This document shows, one piece after another, positions 50,308 to 63,244 of a DNA stretch of 64,000 bases. Both the position numbers and the translations under genes were made by a program. Under the pieces are notes generated by a model. That model ran no database searches. It saw only the letters and a program-made list of their open reading frames with translations, and was not told the origin of the DNA. Numbering within the stretch: the first letter of the stretch is position 1; each line of letters opens with the position of its first letter. Source of the stretch: Octopus sinensis (taxonomy: Eukaryota); the NCBI RefSeq assembly GCF_006345805.1, contig NC_043007.1, positions 68,138,001 to 68,202,000 on the forward strand. Direction: 5' to 3'.

Positions 50308-51954
50308 CAGTTGCAGCCAAAATGTTCAGAACGGCATTGTTTTCGTCAGAAAAGTAGATATAAGTTTTTATCAAAGTTGTTTTATATTTTATATTTTATA
50401 TTCTATATTTTTATATTCAGACAATAAATACGATATTATTTATTATTGTCTGAGATTTTGGTGTAATTTGAGCGGATAATAAAAAAGTTGTAGATGATTT
50501 AGTGATTTACTGCAAAACCCATGGCGGCTAAAATGATCAGAACGGTTGCTTTTACTCCATGTTTTAGTATATTTAACCGTCGAACTCTAATGTTTTGAAT
50601 TTGTTTACGTGACAGTTCGTTTACTAAACATTAGTAAGAATATCTGCAGTGTACTATGTTAATATAATGCCACTTACTCCGTTACCAATTCGTCAGCAGA
50701 TCATTAAGCTTCGAAAGAAGGATAATTTAAGTATTAGGTCTATTGCAAAGATTGTTAACAAGTCAAAAAGTGTTGTTCACGGTATTCTTAAGGTCTACGA
50801 TGATTGAGGTTCGTGTGAAGCAAGAAAGTCTACAGGTAGGCCAAGAAAAATGACCAAGAGAGAAGATCGTGCTATGGTAAAGTTGGTTAAAAAGGACAGA
50901 TTTAAAACTGCTGCTGCTATTTTTCGGGAAATGAGCATTGTACTGAAGAAAACTTTATCTCGAAAAACTGTGTCTCGTCCTTTAATTGAACATGACCTAC
51001 AAGCAAGAGCACCTGCAGTGAAGCCACTGATCAGCTCCAAGAATAAAAAGTGTCGTCTTACCTTTGCAACCGAACATATGTTGTGGTCTCAAGAAAAATT
51101 GCAAACGGTGCATTTCAGTGATGAATCTAAGTCTATGTTATTTGGCTCAAATGGTAAAAGGTACGTTCGTCGAAAAGCAGGTGAAAAATTGTCACCTAAA
51201 TGCCTTAAGACTAGTGTTAAATTCGGTGGAGGAAGTGTCATGGTTTGGGGGATGGTATCTGGAGATGTTGTGGGCCCTTTGCTGCGATTACATGGAAAGG
51301 TAAATGCAGGAGTTTATAAACAACTTGTAAAAGATCATGTCTTGCCTGTGCTGAGAAATTCAACTAAGCGACCACCCATATTCATGCAGGACAATGCCCC
51401 ATGTCACAAGGCTAAGGTGGTCATGAACTTCCTCAAGGCTGAAAAGGTTATTGTTATGGATTGGCCTGCTCAAAGCCCAGACCTCAATCCTATTGAAAAT
51501 GTGTGGAATATTCTAGGAGGACGTTTGAAAGCCAGAAATCCTAAAACAACCGAGCAATTATGGAATGCCCTTCAGGAAGAATGGAATAAGATCACCCAGC
51601 AAGAAATTGAAAATTTAATTTCCCCATGCAGTCAAAAATGTCAAACTTTGATTGAAGCTAAAGGGCTTCACACTAAATATGAAATAATTCCAGCATTCTC
51701 TGTCACTTTTTGATTATTTTGTTATTTTTTCAACCGTTCTGATAATTTTGGCCACCATGGGTTTTGTAGTAAATCATTATATCATCCATAACCTTTGTAT
51801 TATCCACTGAAATTACACCAAAATTTCAGACAATACCAATTAATATCGTATTTATTGTCTGTGAAAATTATAGAATATAAAACAACTTTAATAAAAATTT
51901 ATACCTACTTTTCTGACGAAAACAATGCCGTTCTGAACATTTTGGCCGCAACTG
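50308..51954 (+). mobile_element. Tc1-family transposon, IR-DR type, 1647 bp, TA TSD
   Basis: TIRs 50308-50548 and 51731-51954 with outer and inner direct repeats (..aaaatgWtcagaacgg); TA on both sides. Confidence 0.95.
50667..51713 (+). pseudogene. Tc1 transposase (DD34E) with one premature TGA at 50805-50807
   Basis: In-frame ATG 50667 (MPLTPLPIRQQIIKLRKK...), GRPRK, FSDES, QDNAPCH, WPAQSPDLNPIEN; exactly 34 residues between the second D and E. Confidence 0.9.
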
Positions 51955-52249
51955 TATATGTGAGTGTATATATATATATATATACACAAAAAATTATTAT
52001 AATTATGAATATAACTATAATAAATTTTTGTTTATGTTTACCGATAATGGATCTTTTAACATAATGAACTACTTGGTAAAATTATTAATTATTAATTTAT
52101 TTCATTTTATTCTTTATTATTATTGATTATATATATATACACATATAATTTTTTTGTAAATACCCACAAAGCTACTCAATATGTTTTGTGGCCCTACCCA
52201 CGATCCTTTATACAATATAGTCTACACAATACTTCATAGTTATTATTCC

Positions 52250-52298
<49 letters not shown>

Positions 52299-52354
52299 GT
52301 ATATATGTATAAGTGACTAAAGTGTACGTAGGCCTCTATATGTTTTATATATAT

Positions 52355-52660
52355 GAAAAAATACAAAATGGGACAAGAACGCAAAACATCCAGACACTTA
52401 GGTGATACAAAAAAGGGACAACAAAACATCCGGATAGACTATACAGAGAAAACAGGGACGGGTCATTCGGTGTTTTCTTTCGTTAGTCGAGTTCCAGATT
52501 ATCTTTGCAATTTCGGCTTATTGAGCAATCTCGAGTATAACCAGCCAAAATTGCAAGGAAAATCTGGAACTCGATTGAGGAAAGAAAACTCCGAATGACC
52601 CGTCCTTCTATTCTTTGTATCATCTATCTGGATGTTTTGTTGTCCCTTTTTTTGTATTTA
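52355..52660. mobile_element. Fold-back element with ~140-bp imperfect arms
   Basis: gggacaacaaaacatccggatag...ggacgggtcattcgg / ccgaatgacccgtcc...ctatctggatgttttgttgtccc. Confidence 0.75.
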
Positions 52661-52666
52661 CACACA

Positions 52667-52708
<42 letters not shown>

Positions 52709-52859
52709 ACACACACACATATATATATACACATATATATGTATATATAATATTAGGGAGTATAACTCCAAACTTACAGGGAAAAATTGAATTCAGTATA
52801 AATCAAATTTCACAGTATAAATATATAATATGTAAATTACAGTAAAACTACTATTATGC

Positions 52860-53138
52860 AATTCAAACAACGATAGACATAAACCAAATCATAAATAAAA
52901 AATAAAATATATACACTTTTTTTAAAAAACATATAACTAGATCATAAAAAGTACAAAAATGAATAAACAATATATAATAAGTAATAAGTAATAAGTGAAT
53001 GTAATATTATAATATAAATGTAATATTGTTATATATTGTTTATTCAGTTTTGTACTTTTTGTGATCTAGTTATATGTTTTTAAAAAATAAATTCTATTTT
53101 TTATTTGTGATTTGGTTTATGTCTATCATTATTTGAAT
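52860..53138. repeat. AT-rich fold-back, ~115-bp arms
   Basis: gatagacataaaccaaatcataaat / atttgtgatttggtttatgtctatc and aaaacatataactagatca / tgatctagttatatgtttt. Confidence 0.8.
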
Positions 53139-53599
53139 TATATATAATATTTAAGTTTTATTCCTTAACAAGCATAGTGTTGCCAGTGAGCACTATTCCC
53201 GTTAAAAATATATGTACTCTACAGAAAGTGTTGAATTTTCCTCCAATTTAATGTAAATCTGGTTTTATTATAACTCGACATAAATGCGCGCTTGCGCACA
53301 CACACATTCTCACACACACTGATATTATTGTTTTAATTTTGGAAAACGTATCTAGAAATATTCTATCAATAAAAATAAGTAGTTAATTAATACTTTTGAA
53401 TAACAGTTCGTCCACAGAGAAAGTATATTTAAGCGAAATAAGTGACATTCATTTCAATATATTGATACTTCGAGGACATGGTTCGTAGACATTATAGAAC
53501 AGGAATAGGAACCTTACAGACGAAATAATGTTCCAAGGCATGATGTGAATGTCGACGACATAGAAACTCTAGCTTCGTAACATACATCTTGCTGACCGG

Positions 53600-53920
53600 T
53601 AAAGTACCTAATGGTTCAGTGGTTAGAGCGTCGTGCTCGCAATCATGAGGTAGTGACTTCGATTCATGGACCGGGATGTGTGTTGTGCTCTTGAGCAAGA
53701 CACTTTATTTCATGTTGCTCCAGTTCACTCATCTGTAGAAATGAGTTGCGACGTCACTGGTGCCAAGCTGTATCAACCATTGCCTTTCCCTTGGATAACA
53801 TCGGTGGAGTTGGCTGGTTCTCCATAAACAACCTTTCCGGGACCTGTGTTACGGAAGGGAACGTTCTAAGTGCAATCCCATGGTCATTCATGACCGAAGG
53901 GGGTCTTTACCCTTTACCCA
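53600..53920 (+). mobile_element. SINE family C variant
   Basis: tRNA-like head; body shared with the headless copy at 22300-22530 (gagttgcgacRtcactggtgccaagctgta...atggtcattcatgaccgaaggggg). Confidence 0.7.
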
Positions 53921-54106
53921 GATCTCTAGGACAAAATCTTATATTGTTTCTAGATTAATCAATCGACTTTGCTATTCTGTTCATAAATATCCAAGAGATA
54001 TGAACCTGAAATAATAATATCTTGAAATAAATATCACCCATTAAAAAAACCAAAACCGCGGTCCTTCGGTTGAGAAATTGTAAGATCTGAAAATGCTGCT
54101 TTTGTA

Positions 54107-54585
54107 CCGTAAATCTTCGAGTATAGTCCGCCCTTGAGTATAATACGCAGGGGATATTAGGGGGCTATACCTCTGAAAAACCTAAACCTTGTGTATAATA
54201 CGCACTCCTTCTCTAACTCGAGTCGTGCGTAATTAAGCCAGCAGCACCTAGTCGAACAAACGCTTCCGCGCATGCGTAATACAATAATGGTGATGTTCTC
54301 AACTGTTATATGGGAGTTTTCTGAATACTTTTATTTTAATAAATGTTGCTTACTGCAAGTTATGGATGATTCTTTCAGGACTTCATTTCTTTCAAGCTTA
54401 GCTTAAGGTATTTTCGCGCCCGACATCACAAAATGCGTCTGAATAAAGATTGCCGGACAGCAAATAGAGACTTGGACATTGCTTAAAAGATATTTTTCAT
54501 TTTTAACCTTGTATATAGTACGTACTAGGGATTTTCACCTTTAAATTTCGGGAAAAAAATGTGGATTATACTCGGTATATTACAT
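54107..54585 (+). mobile_element. Non-autonomous Tc2/pogo-like element
   Basis: TA|ccgtaaatcttcgagtatagtccg with sub-terminal gtataatacgc repeats; degenerate inverse ggattatactcggtatattac. Confidence 0.5.
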
Positions 54586-54922
54586 AGAGTTGGGCACCTG
54601 AAAGGTCGTTCACTAGTCAGGGTTTGGGGTTGTTTCTTAAGGAATGTTGAGTATTTTGTATATTTGTTGATGGTGAGGTACCGAATCGTGAAATTTGCTG
54701 ATGTTAATGATAGATATGTTTCTTTATTTGTTAATGATAGATAATGGTATGTTTGGCAGTTTTGTTGTTGTTTTTTTGTAGACATAGTTGTGTGGTGAAG
54801 AGGTTCGCTTTCCATCATTTCGGGTTCAGTCCCATTGTATAGCACCTGCTACAAGTATTTTTTATTATTGTCCTTGGTCGACTAATTTCTGTGGCTGAAT
54901 TTGGTGGGCAGAAACTCAGTAT

Positions 54923-54961
<39 letters not shown>

Positions 54962-54965
54962 AGAT

Positions 54966-55002
<37 letters not shown>

Positions 55003-57486
55003 GTGTTTGTCAACCTAAGACTTGGTTTGTTTACGACCCCTGTATCCTAGCGGTGCGGCGAAGGATCCCAGTAAAGTAAGTACCTGGTACTTATTCTAAG
55101 TGTATATGTGTGTGTGAGGGGTGAATTTAGATGGTGCCCCAGCATGGCCGTAATCTAAACGACTTAACCAAATAAAAGAGCAAAGTTTCTCGTATTTTCT
55201 GTGTTAGTTTGGTATGTAGGGTGGTGATGGTGGTGGTGGGGGTAACGGCGTTCAATATAGTGGTCTGGGTTAGTATATGTTGTTGTTTAGACTCAGATCA
55301 GCCACGATCGAACAGAACCATGATAAAATAAATCCTTTTCCAACCATGATCATCTAGCCTTTATGTAATCGGGATTTGAGGAAGACTTAGCGTGTATGAT
55401 TTGAGGAAGATTTGGCTGTTATTTCCTGTAGGTCGAACGACACAACATAAGTCAATTTTCATTGCTTCTTCCGAGTTAGTTTATGGTGTTGGCGGCGAAA
55501 GGCCGCGAGGTGGGAGAATCGTTAGCATATCGGACAAAATGCTAAACGGCATTTCTTCTGGCTGATTACGTTCCGAGTTCAAATTCCGCCGAAGTTAACT
55601 TTGCTATTTTTTTCCTTCGGGGTCGATAAAATAAATAAAAGTACCCGTTGAATACTGAAGGCCAATGTAATCCACTATCTCGCCCCCGACAAATTTCAAA
55701 CTTTGTGCTTATAGTAGAAGGTTAAAAAAAAAAAAAATTGGCAGTATCGTGGTGGTAGTAGTAGAGCTTGCTGTTATTGTTTTTAGTTCTTGTTGCTGGT
55801 GGCAATGAGAATGTTTGTTGTTCTTGTTGCTTTTCAGGAAAAGAGTGTTTGTTGTACTGTTTGTGATACTGTTTGGTGAGTTGTTTGTGATACTGCTTAT
55901 AGAAACTGATTGTTTACTTGTTATCATAATTATTTCTATTTGTTTTTGTTGACGTTGGTTTTTGTTGTTATTGTTCTCGTTGATGCCTCTTTCTTTTTTC
56001 TCGTGTTGCTAGTCTAAAAGAAAACAACAACCAACAAAAAAAAAAGACTAAAAATAAATTGTTGTTGGTAGTTCTCTGCGTGATGATAGCGTCGGGAAAA
56101 AGCTCTCCTTCCGGTTTTACAGATCGATAAATTCAAACATATAAACATATGTTTTTAAAACTTTCCGTTTCTTTTTCAAAGAGAGCAATTATGCCATACA
56201 AATCTCGTGGTTTTTTAGAAAGGTGAAAATTTAATTAGCCTCTATTGGGTAGCATTTATCAGATTTAATTGTGCCTCAGTTTCATGTAAAGATAGTTCAA
56301 GTACTATAATATTTTATTTTCTATTTTAAAATTCGTGCAGTGACATTATTTATATATTAACACTATTTATATACATTTTAATAATACATGTATTCACATC
56401 TGTAGGCGTAGTATGGCTTGATGGTTAAGAAGTTCGCTTCACAATCACGTGGCTTTGGGTCCGATCCTACTGAGGGGCATCCTGTGAAAATGTCATTTTC
56501 TTTAGTCTCGGATCGACCTGAAGGGAAATTGGGTAAACGTAAACTTTGTATAAAGCTGTCGGGTTAGTTGTACCTGTAATTCGAAAGCTGCAACCTTCTC
56601 ATACACTGTGTTATGGAGATTCTGCTTAAGAATTATGGTAAGAATACACGTGTCCCCAAAACACTTGACAACCGGTATTGGATTTTTTTATAGATGACTA
56701 TGTAATATTCGGTTAATTATACGTTAATTCAGGAGCAGGAAAATTCAGTTGATGGAATAACTGAACCCTCCTCGTCCAACGATGCGCACCCACCTTATTT
56801 TCGTCTTCTTGGGCTCTACAAGGAAAATACAACTAAGACAGCGAATTAGCAGATATAGTAGAACACCACAGATCAACTGATATTCTGTGTTCAAGACAAC
56901 GAATAAGAAGCTTCTCGATGCTAGCTCGACATTCAAGAAATTACAATGAAATCTCCTTCACAACACACCCCATCATCATAGGAAACGACACCTAGACAAA
57001 GATGTGGTGGTCACGGTTGGAATGCCTTTCATTATAGGCTTAAATAACAACACCAATCAATATCTTACAGAGTCTAGTGGTAAGTCTCGTTTCTCAGCGG
57101 GATTTATCGTTAGAACAGAACTGCTGCAACAAAATAAGTAGATAGGAGCAAGTGATTGCAATATAACTGTTTAATTAGAGCTATTCAATTAATGCTATTC
57201 CTTCGATGCATTTTAGCGTCTGGATTTCCGTCGCTCCACTACGTGGATTTAGTTGTTCAATCAACTCAATAACCCACTTCTGAAGTTTTGAATCTTACTC
57301 GCGTTAACAATAATGTATATCTACCCAGTGATTTCCTGTTTCGTTTCTTGGTTAATTACGATGAAATTTTTGCTTCGCTGATGGGGTTTAATATATAAGA
57401 AGCAGGCAGACCTCCAATATCCAAACATTAAATACTTCCTTCACGCGTTTAATAAGCTGGTATATTAATTATTTTCAATTTTTTTC

Positions 57487-58097
57487 TACTTTTGTCACAA
57501 GGCCCGAAATTTTTGGGGAGGCGGCCAGTCGATTAGATCGACCCCCAGCATGCAACTGGTACTTAATTTATCGACCCCGAAAGGATGAAAGGGTAAGTCG
57601 ACCTCGGCGGAATTTGAACTTAGAACGTAAAGAAAGACGAAATGTCTATTTCTTTACTACCCATTAGGGGATAAGTACAGAGAGGACAAACAAGAACAGA
57701 CAAACGGATTAAGTCGACTATATTGATCCCAGTGCGTAACTGGTACTTAATTTATTGACTCCGAAAGGACGAAAGGCAAAGTCGACCTCGGCGGAATTTG
57801 AACTCAGAACGTAACGGCAGACGAAATACGGCTACGCATTTCGCCCGGCGTGCTAACGTTTCTTATTTCTTTATTGCCCACAAGGGGATAAACATAGGGA
57901 GGACAAACAAAGACAGACAAACGAATTAAGTCGATTACATCGACCCCAGTGCGTAACTGGTACTTAATTTATCGACCCCGAAAGGATGAAAGGCAAAGTC
58001 GACCTCGGTGAAATTTGAACTCAGAACGTAAAGACAGACGAAACATCGCTAAGCATTTCGCCCGTCGTGCTAACGTTTCTGCCAGCTCGCCGCCTTA
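57487..58097 (-). mobile_element. Multimeric family A SINE (three body modules)
   Basis: Modules at ~57610, ~57795 and ~58010. Confidence 0.8.
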
Positions 58098-58385
58098 GCT
58101 GGCATATTAAATACGAGTGCAGCAATTAAAAAGTTGTTATTCTATTAATCACACTTCGGATATTTAATTGTATTTAATAAGCTGTCATTGTATTAATCAT
58201 AAGTGAGGAATTTAATAAACTGACATTCTTTTAAACACTCATTAGGTGTTTATTTACATTTTATATTTCATAAAAGCAGGAAATATGGTATTTAATAAGT
58301 TCATATTCTAATAAGTGTATGTGAGCTATTTAATAATGTAATATTCTAATAAACACACAAAAGTTAATTAATATTGATATAACTG

Positions 58386-58480
58386 ATATCTGTTCCGCAG
58401 TAAGCAGAACGTCAGTTTCGTAATCAAGCAAAATGTGTCGACAAACTTGAAGATCGTGAGTTCGACTCTCACTTAGGGTA
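58386..58480 (+). pseudogene. Isolated degenerate intron-containing tRNA-Met relic
   Basis: ccgcagtaagcagaacgtcagtttcgta-atcaagcaaaatgtgtcgacaa-acttgaagatcgtgagttcgactctcacttagggta: same spacing, 22-nt intron beginning atcaa, T-run after. Confidence 0.75.
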
Positions 58481-58929
58481 TATCTTTTTATAGAGTGCAG
58501 GCCCAGCGGTATAGTTTCTAGTTCACTCCCACTGCGTGGTACCTTGGGTAAGTGTCTTCTACCATAGTCCCGAGACGACCGATGCAACCTCACTTCAGTG
58601 AAATTCTGTCGTGTGTGTATGTGTATGCGTATCTTTGTGTTTGTCTCCACACTACCTGGCAATTGGTGTTGGTCTTTTAATATACCGGTTACTTAACGGT
58701 AAAAACCCCCAAAAAACCCCCGAGAGAATACGTTTCAGATTTTAAAATTCATACTGCGGTTGATATGTTCACAAAACCCTTGTAGATGGTGTCCTTGCAT
58801 GTTCAGGCGCAGTCTAATGAAATAAGTAACGGAATAAACAATATGTAAATACATACATACGCACACACACGCGCGCACGCACACACACGCGCGCACGCAC
58901 ACACACGCGCGCACGCACACACACGCGCG

Positions 58930-58972
<43 letters not shown>

Positions 58973-59371
58973 TAATCCATACATACATATTATATAAATA
59001 TGTGTTCAGCTTTTGCTGAACAAGCGGCACAAATGATTTGTTTATAGTGATCAGATGTATGCGTTGTACATTAGTTCACTCCTGCCATCAAATCGATTTT
59101 GTCTGTACAGACGCACAAGTGTGCCACATATTAGATGTCGAAATATCCGTAGAACAACGTGAAATGATTTGCTTTAGAAACATATTGCGCCGCCTGCACC
59201 GGGAATCTAACCCATGATCTAGTGATTGTGAGTGCAACACTTCAAGAACAGCTTGATGTTATGTTGGCGACGGGGTGCATAAAAATTAAAATTACAGCTG
59301 AGAAAAAGTTAGCTGACATGGAAAACTGGAAGCCATCTGAATGTTGGGATATATATATATATATATAAAAC

Positions 59372-59563
59372 GTAGTTGTAAACTGTCAACTTAATGTGAC
59401 AGTCCCATAAAGGGAATCATACTACTGCTATTTAGCCCTAGGAAGCAGCAACGTTTCCTGTAAACATAAGGACACAGGAAGCGTTGCTGCTTCCTGGGGC
59501 TAAATAGCAGTAGTATGATTCCCTTTATGGGCCTATCACATTAAGTTGACAGTATATAACTAC
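59372..59563. mobile_element. Palindromic MITE-like element, ~90-bp arms, 12-nt loop
   Basis: cccataaagggaatcatactactgctatttagccc / ggggctaaatagcagtagtatgattccctttatggg. Confidence 0.85.
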
Positions 59564-59610
59564 TTTATCGTAACACTACTGCATAAATCTCTCTGAGATA
59601 CTTAGAAATG

Positions 59611-59651
<41 letters not shown>

Positions 59652-59653
<2 letters not shown>

Positions 59654-60499
59654 AGGTGTAGTAAAAAAATATCCGTCCGTCCTTGATTGTTTTTCACAAA
59701 ATAGTAATGCGTGAGCAAAAGCCGCATGGGTATTAGGTAGCCGCGTCCTTCCTGAGCATGTGCAAAAATTTTCGTGGTTGTAAATTGCGCCATTCACCCG
59801 CAGTGAGGTGTTGAATACAGGCGCGAAGAGTGTGCTCTGCGATTTTTCTCTTTGAGTCAAGATGACCGAGCGCATTGAGGAAAGTTACTGCATCAAATTC
59901 TGTCAAAACTTGGTAATAGGCAAGCCCAGGCTATCGAGAAGATTCAGAAGAACTTTAGAGATGATGCCAAAAATGGCAGAACCTCAGTGGACATTGAACC
60001 ACATTATAGCCAGACAATTAACAAAGAATACTATCTGGGGGTTCTTCGTCGCCACTGTGAAGCCGTGCGGCGGAAACGAACCGACCTGTGGGCAGCAAAG
60101 AACTGACAACTCCACCATTACAACGCACATGCTCATTCTTCCAACGTCCTTCAAGCATTTCTCGGCAAGCAAAACACACCACTTGTTCGTCAGGCTTCCT
60201 GCTCTCCAGACTTGGCTTCGTGTAACTTTTGGCTTTTCCCAAAGCTCAAAATTTAAAAAGAACACTCAAAGATAGAATACTTGAGTCAACAGAAGACGTT
60301 AAGCAAAATTCGACGGTACAACACTATAACATCCCAAAAAGTAATTTCAAAAAATGTTTCCAGCACTGGCAGGACCGCTGGCAGAAGTGTATAGACTCCC
60401 AAGGCGAATACTTTGAAGGAGACTAAATCAAAATGGTTAGTTTTTAAAAATAGTACTTGTATTTTGGCCAAAGATCGGATACTTTTTGACTACACCTCG
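59652..60499 (+). mobile_element. Internally deleted mariner with both TIRs
   Basis: TIRs cgaggtgtagtaaaaaaatatccg / cggatactttttgactacacctcg|TA; MTERIEESYCIKFCQ N-terminus joined to QTINKEYYLGVLRR...SPDLASCNFWLFPKLK...WQKCIDSQGEYFEGD. Confidence 0.9.
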
Positions 60500-62050
60500 T
60501 ATGTATGTATGTATGTATGTATGTATGTATGTATGTATGTATGTATGTATGTATGTATGTATGCATGCATGTATGCATGTATGTATGTATGTATGTATGT
60601 ATGTATGCATGCATGTATGCATGTATGTATGTATGTATGTATGTATGTATGTATCTTTCTATCTATAGAAATATATATATATATATATATTCAGCTAAAA
60701 GTCCTTCAAGGCTGTGCTCCAGCATGGCTACAATCTAATGACTTAAACAATAAAAAGATAAAGGAAAGATAAAAGATAGCATGTATATATATATACATTC
60801 TCTCTGTGTCTCCTGGAAAATATTGTAGTCTATTTTCACCAATAACGTTAAATGGACAGTATTTATTCAATAATGAAAGCCACGGAAACAAACATTGATG
60901 TTTTTATAAATTATTACAACGATATATTGTACCGCCGCGCAGCATCAAATAATATTTCTGTCGAGACAGCCACGCAACAATTTGTAACACTAGTAATATT
61001 ATATACTAATGCGCGAGCTGGTAGATTCCTTTGTCTTCGGGACAAAATGCTTAACGGCATTTCATCCATCTTTACGTTCGGAGTTCAAATTCTGCAGCGT
61101 TCGAAATTGCCTTTCATCTTTTAGGGGTCGATAAAATAAGGACCAGTTGAGTTACTTTCTCAACTGGCTTACCTTCTCCTCCAAAATTGCTGACCTTATG
61201 ACACTGACAACACTGCCCTCCATCAGCCTGTCGCTGACAGTCGTTCAACGGTCTTAAAAATTTGCGTTTTCGCGAAATATTTATTAATTTTTAAAACTAT
61301 GTTATTTCTCTCTTTCTTTTAATTTAAGGGCTTAAAAATATTACAAGGGTTCTGCGCCCTTAGCCTTTACAGATCCTCAGTGATCAGTGGGGCTGATGTT
61401 TCTGAACAAATGAAGACTGACAACTTAAGGCAGGATATTCTGGTGAGGAAAAATAAGGAATGAGGGTTCGTGTGTGGCAATAGATTATAAAAAACTCAAT
61501 GAGGAAAATAAGAAAACGAAAGACGATTGAAAGGTGGATGGAACTGGGTAGATGTGATATACGACTAGTTACTTTTGAGGAAGAGAAACCACTGTAGTTG
61601 CAGCTAAAAGAACAGAGCAAAGACACAAATATGTCAGTGAGATAAAAGCTGGAATGTGTTGGTGAGCAATTTCAATACTTCGGTTGACTATCTTCTGGAT
61701 GTGGTCTGCGATGTTTGTGAGTGTAGCAGCCACAGCTACAGCAGTAGTACCGCTTCAGATGTTATTTGTATAAAGCAGAATCTGTAGAGCATCTGGTAAA
61801 ATGCTTTGTGGTAGTTGCTTACTTTCCTTCATATTTCAAGTTCAAATCCTCTCCAGATCCACCTTGTACTTCATACTTCCGAGTTAGGTGAAAAAAGTTC
61901 TAGAGCCTATTTTGATAGGGGCAGTACAGCCCTGATGGCGATGTCCCAACATGGCTACTGTTCAAAACTAGTTGGATGAAATATTCCAACTTCAGTGCAT
62001 TTATGAACACCTACTGAAGTTTCAAATACTGACAATTAGTGATCAGTTCA

Positions 62051-62088
<38 letters not shown>

Positions 62089-63101
62089 ATGTATGTATGT
62101 ACAAAATTTCAAAACGAACAGCTATAAAACAAACATAAGCATTAAATGGCGTTATAATCTGTTTAGTTAAAGCTCGGTGGTTTTGCAAAAAGTTTGTGAT
62201 GCCTTTTGATAGAATCATTTTGTCTGGTGCCAAATTCTCTTAACATATAAGCGGAGTTATAGTAGTGCCAGGCAAACCTCGGCCTGTATATCTGTGTTAA
62301 TGACATAAAATTTGGCAAATAAACGATATCTTTAATTGATCCGATGTAAAAGAGGTCAGCGTTATCTTTTCGTGTGTGAAAATCACCATATTTAAAAAAA
62401 ATATATATTTTAGAATTTTTTCTTTTAATTAAAAATAAGACTTCTAATTCGTAATATGTTGTCCGCACGCCAGCGCCTGAGCCATTACTGGAATGGCAAA
62501 TGATGATTCTTTAAATTCTTTAAAAGCAGTCCAAATATGTTTGACCCCTCGCCAGCCATTAGTAGCATAGCAGATGACTGTTCTCTTAACGCAGTCCAAA
62601 ACGTCTAATGGAAATGAGGAAAGCATAGATTGCGTTGACCACTTCAGCTTCAAACGGCATGGCGAAATCAATATCTGTCAGGCAATGTTTAATGCAAAAT
62701 TCAGAAAAGAGAAAATGAAACGAAAAAAGGGCTATGTAATTAAAATTGCAAAGAAAAAAAAAATTAATGATGAGGATGATGAGAAGAATAAAGGTGGTGA
62801 GTAGGGGAGGAGGATGGGAGACAAGTAGCTTAAAATGAAATAAATAACAGACGTTAGAAAATTCAGGCAAACCCTATCCATTATTTGATTTTTATTGTCA
62901 GCTTTCTGTAGCCAAATGTCTAAAGGTTGTGGAGTTAGTAATGACTACAGGAAAACTAACTATAAGATTGTACACCTGCTATTGCTGCAATTTAAACTGC
63001 TTTAATATAACGAAAACTTCCCATTAGAGCCTACCCAACATTTTGAGTGGTCATGACAAATGTGCTACCATTACACTAAAGTCAATCTTTCCGATTTAAT
63101 G

Positions 63102-63136
<35 letters not shown>

Positions 63137-63198
63137 TCTCGTTCTTTCTTCATCTCCGCCATACACAGTGAGATAAACAGACAGACAGATAACATACA

Positions 63199-63244
<46 letters not shown>

